The notes beneath the pieces are model-generated. The model was not told the origin of the DNA. It did no database searches and saw only the letters and a program-made list of their open reading frames with translations. 43,854 nucleotides of DNA from a virus. Positions 8,611-15,533 of the stretch are shown here, piece by piece. The position numbers and the translations under genes were made by a program. The DNA lies in IMG/VR virus record IMGVR_UViG_3300012922_000003, positions 1-43,854 of that record; one strand, 5' to 3'. Position 1 is the stretch's first letter. Every line of letters begins with the position of its first letter.

Positions 8611-8907
8611 TCACGATGCCCTCCGCCGTTCCGGCCAGCGCACGAAGCCCTCGGGCAACGGCGGCGCCAGCACCCGCGCCAGCCGCGCGTTCTCGTCTCG
8701 CAGCGACACCATCTCGTGTCTCATGTTGGTGATCTCCAGGAGCAGGTCACGCTCGCGTTTGGCCGCTGCGTTGCTGACTTCGATCAGCCGGTGGCGGAGT
8801 TCTCGTTCCGTCGGTGTGCCGCGTGAATCGTGCTCAGAGCGCTCACGGGCGAAGGCGATGCTCGCGAGCCGCCGGACTTCAGCCCGCCGGTAGTTGCGCG
8901 TCGCCAC
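8611..8907 (-). CDS. Hypothetical coiled-coil protein
   Basis: The C-terminal part (ELRHRLIEVSNAAAKRERDLLLEITNMRHEMVSLRDENARLARV) looks helical. The start was placed at the GTG at 8907. The start is uncertain. Confidence 0.4.
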   Translation of the reverse strand: MATRNYRRAEVRRLASIAFARERSEHDSRGTPTERELRHRLIEVSNAAAKRERDLLLEITNMRHEMVSLRDENARLARVLAPPLPEGFVRWPERRRAS

Positions 8908-9394
8908 CGGGTGCTCCGTCGACCGTGGCCGGGTGACTCGCACGCACCGTGAGGAACCCTGGCCGCTCGACTCCCCACCCGAGCTGCCACCCACGGTGCG
9001 CGAGAATCACCGACATCGGCAGCGAGATGCCGCCGCCGGCGTGCAGCACCAGCGGCGCCTCGCTCGACAGCGACGCCACCGCCGCGAGGAAGGCGATGAT
9101 CTCGTTGTTCGCCTCGGTGTGACCGCCCTCCGGCTCAGGCGGATCGTGGTCGCGGCACTCCTCGAGCCAGGTGAATCCGCAGGCCGCGCAGCCGCGGTGG
9201 ATGTGGGGCTGCGGTGCCTCGCACGCCATCGCGCGTTTCGTGCTCGCTTCGCCGCAGTAGCAGAACTCCTGCCGTGCGCAGCCGCACTTGGGGCAGGCGC
9301 CTCCGGTGGCGTTGAACGCGAGGACGCCAGCGCGCTCGGCCGCCTCGGCGATGCGGAGGATGCGCTGGCTCGCGATCTTCGCGTCGTGCCCCAC
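8879..9394 (-). CDS. Cys-rich hypothetical protein
   Basis: 171-aa ORF with a GTG start just after the upstream stop. Contains CPKCGC...CYCG...C..PQPHIHRGCAACG. Confidence 0.5.
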   Translation of the reverse strand: MGHDAKIASQRILRIAEAAERAGVLAFNATGGACPKCGCARQEFCYCGEASTKRAMACEAPQPHIHRGCAACGFTWLEECRDHDPPEPEGGHTEANNEIIAFLAAVASLSSEAPLVLHAGGGISLPMSVILAHRGWQLGWGVERPGFLTVRASHPATVDGAPGGDAQLPAG

Positions 9395-9396
9395 GG

Positions 9397-9702
9397 TTAG
9401 AGCCTTGCGAGCGCGTTTTCGGCGTCGCCGATCGCGACGGCGAGAACGTTGCGCGTCTCTTCGAGGATGAACACGAGATGGTCCGGGCGCGCCTTGGCGA
9501 CCGGGGTGCCCGTCTGGCGAGTAGGCTCGTCGACCGCGTGGATGCGCTGCGCGAGCCCCTCGACGAGATTCGCGAGACGCATCGCCGAATCGAGCAGCGC
9601 GCTAGCCTTGTCGGTGAGCGTCTCGGGGGCCGAACTGCCGACCAGCCCGCGACCGGCCATCCCGGTGTGTTCTGCGGTCGCCGCTGCCACGTACTGTGCC
9701 AT
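9397..9702 (-). CDS. Hypothetical protein
   Basis: 101-aa ORF with an ATG start and GGAG upstream, tightly packed between its neighbours. Confidence 0.5.
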   Translation of the reverse strand: MAQYVAAATAEHTGMAGRGLVGSSAPETLTDKASALLDSAMRLANLVEGLAQRIHAVDEPTRQTGTPVAKARPDHLVFILEETRNVLAVAIGDAENALARL

Positions 9703-9704
9703 GT

Positions 9705-10040
9705 TCAGATCTCCTCCACGGTGATGGTGGTGCGCGGTTCGCCGCGCTCGTCCTCCAGGCGCATCACCAGTTCCCGCACCTGGCGGTCGTTGGTGTAGGC
9801 CACGCCCTGAAGCGCGTCAAGCGCCATCTTCGGGGCGTAGCCGTCGAGGTCCATCCGGTGCCGTCGCGTCTGGCGAAACGAGAGCGTCACGCGCACCGCG
9901 CCGTCGAGCGGAGCGCCGAGCCAGTGGCAGGTGCACTGCACCCATTCGCGCCACGCTTTCGTCTCGCGGTCGCGCACCGACCAGTGGCGGCGCGTCCAGT
10001 CGTTGAGCGACATCGGCAGGCGCGGGACAGCGAAGGTCAT
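9705..10040 (-). CDS. rusA: RusA-like Holliday-junction resolvase
   Basis: 111 aa from the ATG at 10040. The MTFAVPRLPMSLNDWTRRHW...DLDGYAPKMALDALQGVAYTNDRQV pattern matches the RusA D.D....K...DAL......DD.QV signature. The Arg-rich N-terminal extension of the track ORF was discarded. Confidence 0.7.
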   Translation of the reverse strand: MTFAVPRLPMSLNDWTRRHWSVRDRETKAWREWVQCTCHWLGAPLDGAVRVTLSFRQTRRHRMDLDGYAPKMALDALQGVAYTNDRQVRELVMRLEDERGEPRTTITVEEI

Positions 10041-10066
10041 GCGCGTGCGGAGCGCGAGGGCCGGGA

Positions 10067-10597
10067 TCACGTCGCGTACTCCGGCTCGGGCGGCGCGTCC
10101 TCGGCTTCGAGCGCGACCGCGTAACTGCGCCCGGTGGCGCGCCGCGCTCGGGCGTCGATCGGGCCGCCCTGCACCAGCGCTCGCAGCTTCGCGCGATTCG
10201 ACGCCACCACCTCGGGCGTCATCTGCACGAACTCGTGCCGCACTTTCGCCGGATCGAGTGCCCGGCCGTTGTTGGCGACGAACCCGAGTGCGTAGCCGCC
10301 GCGCTTCAAGCACTCCTCGGCCGCATTCGAGGCGGCGACCACCAGCCAGTCCTCGCCCTCGCTCAGATCCTCCCACTGCACCAGCATCGGGAACGCCTCA
10401 GCGAAGCCACCGGCACGGATCAGCGTGGCGAAGGTCGCGGGCGACGTCGGCTCGTGACAGCGCCGATCGAGACACAGCCGCGCCACCAGCGTGGTCAGCG
10501 GCGAGCCGTCGAACTCGCGCTCCCACCCGCCGTCGGGGGCGAATCCGCCGCGGTGCTGAGGAGCCTCGGGCGTGGCGGAAGCGCGGCGCGGACTCAC
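10067..10597 (-). CDS. Hypothetical protein
   Basis: GTG at 10597 with a GTGA overlap to the upstream stop. The 176-aa C-terminal portion of track ORF 10067..10828 has normal composition. Confidence 0.5.
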   Translation of the reverse strand: MSPRRASATPEAPQHRGGFAPDGGWEREFDGSPLTTLVARLCLDRRCHEPTSPATFATLIRAGGFAEAFPMLVQWEDLSEGEDWLVVAASNAAEECLKRGGYALGFVANNGRALDPAKVRHEFVQMTPEVVASNRAKLRALVQGGPIDARARRATGRSYAVALEAEDAPPEPEYAT

Positions 10598-10854
10598 GCC
10601 TTCCCCCAGTTCAGCGGCACGATGATCGGCTTCCCGTGATCGACGGCGCGCCGCCAGTGGGGTCCGAGAAAGGCGCGGCAGCGGCTGTACATCTCGTCGA
10701 GGTCGCGAGAGATCGCGATGCGACAGAGATTGGACATGCGCCGATCCTCGCCGGTCGGGGGCGGCTGACCACCGCGTGATTTGGCGAGGTAGATGCGCTC
10801 GTTGGACAGCAGGACGATGCGGCGGCACAGATCGAGTTGCGAGAGCTCTCTCAC
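10594..10854 (-). CDS. Hypothetical protein
   Basis: GTG at 10854 with a GTGA overlap to the stop of 10851..11630. 86 aa. Confidence 0.5.
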   Translation of the reverse strand: MRELSQLDLCRRIVLLSNERIYLAKSRGGQPPPTGEDRRMSNLCRIAISRDLDEMYSRCRAFLGPHWRRAVDHGKPIIVPLNWGKA

Positions 10855-11630
10855 GCTGGCTCCTGCTCGTAGCGCCGCTGGTTCAGCCACGTCGCCGCGT
10901 GCGGGATGAACTCGGCCTCCGTCCCGCGCTCCTGCCACCAGCGCACCCAATGCTCGAGCCGGTCGAGGATCTGCCCGAAGGCAAGGTCGCGCCCGGCCTG
11001 GTCAGCCCCCTTCGGGCGGATCTTGCGCCAACTCCGCAGCGCTGCCACCCGGCTCACCCGCCGCGGGTACATCCCCCAGAACTCATCGAACCCGGACTCC
11101 CAATCGACCACCGGGTCGGGGTGATGTCCGTTGCCGACGTCAGGGTTCGTCAGCCCCGCTGACGGGGACCCTACGAGCGTAGCGAGTAGGGAATCTGTAG
11201 GTTCTACAGCAACAGCAGAAGCAGAAGCATAGGGTAGGTTTGGCTTCCTTGTGCTAGAGGCTGGCTTTAGACCCATGCCGCCATGTGATATACGACCGCC
11301 TCTAGAACCACGCGATGCGGCACTCATGTACCTGCAAACCTGTTGATGTCGGTGCATCACCATCGCGAACTGAACCAGGCTTCCATCAGCTTGAGCTTGG
11401 GTTTCTTTAGCTAGCAGTTGCTTGAAGCTCGGGTGGCAGTCAGGTTCCGCACCGCTCCACCGAATCCACTCATCGAGGGTGCCGACCCCGTAGGATCCAG
11501 AGTCCCAGGAGGCGTCGAGCGCCCGGCGGTAGGCTAACTCGGTGGGGTCGTCGATCATCAGCAGGCGCATCTTCGCGGCGAAGTCCCGCGGGAACCACTG
11601 GTAGGAAGGCGCCCGATCGTTGGCCGGCAT
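10851..11630 (-). CDS. Replication initiation/organiser protein (DUF1376-like N-terminus, DnaT/DnaD-like C-terminal motif)
   Basis: The N-terminus YQWFPRDFAAKMRLLMIDDPTELAYRRALDASW fits the DUF1376 Y.W...DF pattern. The C-terminus FDEFWGMYPRRVSRVAALRSWRKI...IPHAATWLNQRRYEQE is the common phage replication-protein tail. The central linker is encoded by a low-GC island. Confidence 0.55.
   Translation of the reverse strand: MPANDRAPSYQWFPRDFAAKMRLLMIDDPTELAYRRALDASWDSGSYGVGTLDEWIRWSGAEPDCHPSFKQLLAKETQAQADGSLVQFAMVMHRHQQVCRYMSAASRGSRGGRISHGGMGLKPASSTRKPNLPYASASAVAVEPTDSLLATLVGSPSAGLTNPDVGNGHHPDPVVDWESGFDEFWGMYPRRVSRVAALRSWRKIRPKGADQAGRDLAFGQILDRLEHWVRWWQERGTEAEFIPHAATWLNQRRYEQEPA
11161..11420. 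other. Candidate origin of replication embedded in the replication-protein gene
   Basis: Locally AT-richer stretch within a GC-rich genome. Palindromes ctacgagcgtag (11171..11182) and ctgtag-gtt-ctacag (11195..11209). Tandem gcagaa-gcagaa-gca (11215..11229). Several GTAGG motifs. Inverted ctagaggc/gcctctag (11254..11261 and 11298..11305). Confidence 0.35.
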
Positions 11631-11842
11631 CAGCGAATCCCCGCCGCCCGCGCACGCCGTCGCTCCGCTATCGCGTGCACGTACGGCAACTCCCGCCGCG
11701 TCACCGCGTACTCGTGCGACGCCTCGAACCCGAGCTTCACCCGCCCGCCGTTGATCTCCACCGCCACCACCCGCACGATCACCTCACCGGCCGCGTCGCG
11801 CACCAGGATCTCCTCGTTCTCCCGACGCTCCAAAACCAGCAT
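11630..11842 (-). CDS. csrA: CsrA/RsmA-family RNA-binding regulator homolog (70 aa)
   Basis: MLVLERRENEEILVRDAAGEVIVRVVAVEINGGRVKLGFEASHEYAVTRRELPY aligns by eye to E. coli CsrA ([47 protein letters not shown]), including the ML.L.RR start and the V.R.E segment. A strong SD, GGAAAGGAGG, lies 7 nt upstream of the ATG at 11842. The longer track ORF to 12007 was rejected. Confidence 0.65.
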   Translation of the reverse strand: MLVLERRENEEILVRDAAGEVIVRVVAVEINGGRVKLGFEASHEYAVTRRELPYVHAIAERRRARAAGIR

Positions 11843-12613
11843 CGCAAGCCTCCTTTCCCGCCTCGCCTGTGCACTGGCTCCCGAGTGGGGACCGGGTGGC
11901 CTCGGGGTAACTTCCGAGGAGTGCCGTTCCATCGCGCGAGCGAGAGGTTGGGCCATCAACCGATCCCCGCTCAGGTGCCAATGCGACCTCACTCTCGCAT
12001 CGCTCACCTACCCTGCTCCCGCGATCTCCTCCCTGTCAACCACCAAAAAAATCCGCCCGCCCTCTCGCGCCGCGACCACCGTGAGGCTTCCACCTCGGCG
12101 CTGCGTCGGAGCCTCCTGCGCCGGGTGGCGATGACCTGCGGCCGGGCAGCCGGCCTGCGCCTCGGCGCGCCCCCGGGCAGCGCTCGTGCGCCACGCTCCC
12201 CACGCTGGCGAGCTCCGCCGCGCGTCCGTGCTCGCCGGTCCGCGAGCGTCCGCCAGCCGCGCTCGAGCTTTTCGCGCACAGTCGCTCCATCTCCGGTGCA
12301 TGTTGAGAAGTAGACTCGTGCGAGGGTGTAGGTGAGTCTGGTGAAGGTGTAGGGGAGCAGTCTCGGGGAGTGAGCGCAGTGCCAAGGAATGGGGGTTGTC
12401 CGCGCGCGCGCGGAGACGTGCGCGTGTGTGCGCGCGAGGGGTGGGGGGTTGTTGGGGGCTGTGAGTTATGACGAAGGAATGTCTTTCTTAGCGGTGCTCG
12501 TTTGTCAATCTTTCGTGTTTCTTCGCGAATGCTATTGACACAGGAATGACGCGGGCTCATAGTGTGAGTACGCGAGCGGGGAATGGACCCGGCCCGCGAT
12601 TGGCGAGGGTCCG
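11843..12613. promoter_or_regulatory. Divergent control region between the leftward (csrA/replication) operon and the rightward accessory island
   Basis: About 770 bp with no credible ORF; all track ORFs here are Arg/Pro-rich. Contains repeated motifs, a (CG)n palindrome, G-runs, a TTGACA on each strand and hairpins next to both first genes. Confidence 0.7.
12535..12563 (+). promoter_or_regulatory. Sigma70-like promoter for the plus-strand island
   Basis: TTGACA (12535..12540), a 17-nt spacer, then CATAGT (12558..12563), about 50 nt upstream of the ATG at 12614. Confidence 0.4.
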
Positions 12614-12850
12614 ATGACACTTCAACAGTTGGAGTCGGCGCATCCGTGGGTGAGCGCCACGCAGCCCGCACCGATGACGCGCCGCCTCGCTGCGCTGATC
12701 CGCCACGAGGGATCGCGCGTCCGCCTCAGCCACGATCAGGTGATCTGCCCCCGTTGTACAGCGCGGAAGCGGGCCAACCTTGTAACGCGCGAATGGATTA
12801 TCCAGCACTCACGAGACGCCGACCGCCGCGCCGCGAAGGAGACACGATGA
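12614..12850 (+). CDS. Small protein with a CPRC motif, first gene of the plus-strand island
   Basis: 78-aa ORF with an ATG start. The stop overlaps the next ATG (ATGA at 12847..12850). An alternative internal start is the ATG at 12674, inside the 23-bp repeat. Confidence 0.5.
   Translation: MTLQQLESAHPWVSATQPAPMTRRLAALIRHEGSRVRLSHDQVICPRCTARKRANLVTREWIIQHSRDADRRAAKETR
12664..12686 (+). repeat. 23-bp direct repeat, copy 1 (gcccgcaccgatgacgcgccgcc)
   Basis: Identical to 13496..13518. Each copy contains an ATG followed by ACG CGC CGC. Confidence 0.9.
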
Positions 12851-13509
12851 GCGCACTGTCTGAACTGATCGCCACCCGCTTCGGCGGGATCTTGCTCGCT
12901 GGCAAGCACAAGATGACACTCGACCTCGAATCGTTCCAGCTTTCCGCCGGCGCACACGGCACCAAGTTTGCCGGCCAAGCCTGCTTCATCGAAGCCGCTT
13001 CGGTCTACCACGGCGAGCCGTTCCGGGACCGCGCCGTGGACGAGTTCTGCCCGCGCATCGAAGCCTACGGCCGCATCCTCAACGACTGGTTGCCCGACGC
13101 CGACCGCCAGCGCCTCAAGGCGTTCATCCCGCGGCTCAAGAACACTCGTGGAACTCCTGAGCAGGATCAGCGCAAGCGCTGGATGATCCAGGATACGGCC
13201 ACCCGCGTCTTTGCGGCGGAGGCGCTGCGTGCCGCCGGACTGACCGAACAGGCCGATCAGCTCGCCGCCTGCACCGTGACCGATCAAGCCTCGTCGGATG
13301 CCGCCAGCGCGAGTGCCGCGAGGGCCGCGGAGGCCGCGGAGGCCGCGAGGGCCGCGTGGGCCGCGTGGGCCGCGTGGGCCGCGGGGGCCGCGAGTGCCGC
13401 GAGGGCCGCGGGGGCCGCGAGGGCCGCGGGGGCCGCCATCATCGACGACGCTATCGACCTGCTGGACCGCCTGATTCGCGTCACGGAGGAAGCATGCCCG
13501 CACCGATGA
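12847..13509 (+). CDS. Hypothetical protein with a C-terminal (X-Ala-Ala)x14 repeat
   Basis: AAGGAG lies 6 nt upstream of the ATG at 12847. 220 aa. The N-terminal domain (QACFIEAASVYHGEPFRDRAVDEFCPRIEAYGRILNDWLPDADRQRLKAFIPRLKNTRGT) is followed by SAARAAEAAEAARAAWAAWAAWAAGAASAARAAGAARAAGAA. Confidence 0.65.
   Translation: MSALSELIATRFGGILLAGKHKMTLDLESFQLSAGAHGTKFAGQACFIEAASVYHGEPFRDRAVDEFCPRIEAYGRILNDWLPDADRQRLKAFIPRLKNTRGTPEQDQRKRWMIQDTATRVFAAEALRAAGLTEQADQLAACTVTDQASSDAASASAARAAEAAEAARAAWAAWAAWAAGAASAARAAGAARAAGAAIIDDAIDLLDRLIRVTEEACPHR
13312..13437 (+). repeat. Fourteen in-frame 9-bp tandem repeats (NNN-GCC-GCG)
   Basis: Read directly. The units are agt/agg/gag/gag/agg/tgg/tgg/tgg/ggg/agt/agg/ggg/agg/ggg, each followed by gccgcg (the last unit ends gccgcc). 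Only the first codon of each unit varies. Confidence 0.95.
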
Positions 13510-13518
13510 CGCGCCGCC
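13496..13518 (+). repeat. 23-bp direct repeat, copy 2
   Basis: Identical to 12664..12686. It spans the stop codon of the 12847..13509 gene. Confidence 0.9.
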
Positions 13519-13640
13519 CGTCTGGGCGCGCGATGGAACTGGATCGCGCTCGTGATTGACGGACACGAGAGCACCCAAACGGATGCCCAATACGCGGCGA
13601 AGCAGGCCCGCGCCGCGTTGGCGAAAGCCGGGGTGACGCC

Positions 13641-13871
13641 GTGAGCACGCGCTTCGTGGGCGGCAAGCGCGACGGTGCCGAGTTCATCGCCCGCAACCTG
13701 CAGCTGATCCTGCGCGAGCCGGACGGGGAGCTCTACTACCTGCGTTACGACGCCGGGAGGATGCGCTACGTCGCGGGATCACTGGTCGCAGCGACCGAAG
13801 GCGGCATCCCGACTAGGCGCGAGATCGACGCGGAGCGCAGGAAGTGGGACCGCAGGGGGCCGATCGAATGA
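13641..13871 (+). CDS. Hypothetical protein
   Basis: 76-aa ORF with a GTG start and normal composition (STRFVGGKRDGAEFIARNLQLILREPDGELYYLRYDAG...). Confidence 0.5.
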   Translation: MSTRFVGGKRDGAEFIARNLQLILREPDGELYYLRYDAGRMRYVAGSLVAATEGGIPTRREIDAERRKWDRRGPIE

Positions 13872-13976
13872 GCCGCCGCGCGTTGCGGCAGTGCCGATGC
13901 ACCTGTCGTGTGCGCGGCTCTACGCTCCGAAACCCACCAGCAGGCGCCGCCGTGTCGCGGCGCAGAAGGAGGCCGC

Positions 13977-14231
13977 ATGGCAACGCTGAACCTCGCCGCT
14001 CGACTCACCGCCGCAGACGTGGTGCGCGCCCAGCTCTGGCACTGGCACGCCCAAGCGCAGCGCGTCCGCTCTCAGGTCGGGAACGCTCGGGCGATCCTGG
14101 CGCTGAGCGCGCAGTCGCCGAGGCACGACGAGGCGCGGCTCGAGCTTGCGCGTGCGGCGGAGAACCTCGACCAGCTCACGGCCGCGATCCAGCACTCAGC
14201 CTGCCCGCGGGAGGCTCGCCCGGCGGACTAG
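13977..14231 (+). CDS. Hypothetical helical protein
   Basis: The ATG at 13977 is preceded by GAAGGAGG. 84 aa. The upstream part of the track ORF was trimmed. Confidence 0.55.
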   Translation: MATLNLAARLTAADVVRAQLWHWHAQAQRVRSQVGNARAILALSAQSPRHDEARLELARAAENLDQLTAAIQHSACPREARPAD

Positions 14232-14255
14232 ACCGCGAAGCGCCCCGAATGGCAG

Positions 14256-14288
14256 AAACGGCCTCGGCCTCGCCCGCCGGGGCCGTTT
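14256..14288. terminator. Hairpin between convergent genes (possible bidirectional terminator)
   Basis: AAACGGCC (14256..14263) pairs with GGCCGTTT (14281..14288). An inner stem cggc/gccg is also present. It sits between the plus-strand stop at 14231 and the minus-strand stop at 14288. Confidence 0.5.
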
Positions 14289-15019
14289 CACAGCTCCGGG
14301 GCTTCCCAGGCCGGTTCAGGCTGGGCGATCTCGGCGGAGTCTGAGTCCCAAGCCTCGGGCGGTGGCGGTGTCTCAGCCGGGCCGACCGGCAGCGCCAAGC
14401 CGGGCACGTCCGCCAGCGCCACGAGCCGGAAAGTGAGCGGGTCGCCAGTCTCGCCCAGCAGCGCCCGGGCGACCCCCCGACGCCACCCGACGCCGGGCAG
14501 GCCCGGGAGCCCGTCCGAGGCATCGCCCATCAGCCCGAGCAAGGCGCGCAGGAACATCGGCGGCACGCCCCAGCGGTCCATCACCCCCGCCTCGTCGATC
14601 TCCTTGCCTGCCGACGTCACCACCCGGCAACCGGGATCTTCGACGAGCTGCAGCATGTCCTTGTCGTCCGAGACGACGGCGGCCGAGTCGCCGTGCTCGA
14701 GCGCGAGCCGCGTCAGTGTTGCCAGCAGGTCGTCGGCTTCGTAGCGCGCGACCTCAAGGTGCTCGAACGGTAGCGCCCGACACTGGGCGATCGCGCGCAC
14801 AAGGGCGTCAGGCTTCTTGCGGCGCCCGTGTTTGTAGGCGGCGAAGATTTCCTGCCGCCAGGTCGGAGCCGGCGCGTCCCAGCACAGCGTGATCGTGCTG
14901 GCGCGCGCGTTCTCGGCGAGGCGCAGCACTAGTGCGCGTGTGCGCTCGGGAGCGCCGTTGGCGTTCGCCCACCACAGCTTGCAGGCCACGCCGTTCGCGT
15001 CCACGAGGAGGTGTGTCAC
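14288..15019 (-). CDS. 5'-3' exonuclease / flap endonuclease (Pol I 5'-nuclease family)
   Basis: 243 aa from the GTG at 15019 (GTGA overlap). Contains LLVDANGVACKLWWA, YKHGRRKKPDAL, YEADDLLATL, VVSDDKDMLQLV and LMGDASDGLPGLPGVG (H3TH-like). Confidence 0.75.
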   Translation of the reverse strand: MTHLLVDANGVACKLWWANANGAPERTRALVLRLAENARASTITLCWDAPAPTWRQEIFAAYKHGRRKKPDALVRAIAQCRALPFEHLEVARYEADDLLATLTRLALEHGDSAAVVSDDKDMLQLVEDPGCRVVTSAGKEIDEAGVMDRWGVPPMFLRALLGLMGDASDGLPGLPGVGWRRGVARALLGETGDPLTFRLVALADVPGLALPVGPAETPPPPEAWDSDSAEIAQPEPAWEAPEL

Positions 15020-15234
15020 GGCAGCGCCCTCACGCTGTCGAAGTCGAACTTGCTCCAGTCGTGGGCGTGCCGGGTCTCCCAGCTCGGGAGATGGCCATGA
15101 TAGAGCGTGTAGATGGCACCCAACTCCACGCCGTATTCGGTGCGGAGACGCGCCATCCTCGCGTGGTGGAGTTCGCGGGCCACGAGCATCCCGATCAGGA
15201 TGCCGACCACCAGCGGCCAAGGGTTGAACCTCAC
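15016..15234 (-). CDS. Small membrane protein
   Basis: 72 aa, with a GTGA overlap at the start. N-terminal TM helix PWPLVVGILIGMLVA. Confidence 0.5.
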   Translation of the reverse strand: MRFNPWPLVVGILIGMLVARELHHARMARLRTEYGVELGAIYTLYHGHLPSWETRHAHDWSKFDFDSVRALP

Positions 15235-15494
15235 GGCTCGACCCCGGCGGCGCGCAGGCGGTCCAGGGCGGCCCAGCCCTGCGAGGGCCGAGACCCGTAA
15301 CTCTCCTCAATCTGGGACATGAGGTTCTTGAGCGCCGCCACCGCCGCGCACAGCGCCAGCACGCGCTCGGGAAACATCTCTAACACGAGTTTCACTCCCG
15401 GGTCGTCTTTCTTCGGTTGCCTACCGTGCTCCCAGAAATCCGCTTCATCGCTAATGGCCGCCCGCGCCAGCGCCTCCAGTTCCGCGAGTTTCAC
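15231..15494 (-). CDS. Hypothetical protein
   Basis: 87 aa, GTG start with GGAGGTGAG upstream. Normal composition. Confidence 0.55.
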   Translation of the reverse strand: MKLAELEALARAAISDEADFWEHGRQPKKDDPGVKLVLEMFPERVLALCAAVAALKNLMSQIEESYGSRPSQGWAALDRLRAAGVEP

Positions 15495-15533
15495 GGTCTC
15501 ACCTCCAGGTAGTGCGCGATGGGTCGGGGGGCT

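Noticed and set aside
11843-12007. Long (125-aa) form of the CsrA-like ORF
   Set aside because: The extension is not CsrA-like. The internal ATG at 11842 has a near-perfect SD and yields a canonical ML.L.RR N-terminus.
12034-12039. Minus-strand TTGACA preceded by a T7 tract, considered as the csrA promoter -35
   Set aside because: No acceptable -10 hexamer lies 16-19 nt downstream (only GCAGGG/TAGGTG at the wrong spacing). It is kept only as part of the general control region.
11675-12671. Several 90-212-aa ORFs in the control region (11675..12313+, 12004..12279-, 12008..12385-, 12036..12671-)
   Set aside because: All are Arg/Pro/Ser/Gly-rich with no SD or coupling. The region is better explained as regulatory DNA.
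13312-13437. CRISPR-like array
   Set aside because: The units are 9 bp with no spacers, lie in frame and are coding. No cas genes are present.
12736-13590. Minus-strand ORF with collagen-like (G-P-R)n triplets
   Set aside because: The triplets are just the reverse complement of the 9-bp GCCGCG repeats. The rest of that frame is Arg/Gly junk. The plus-strand gene has a good SD, ATGA coupling and a plausible N-terminal domain.
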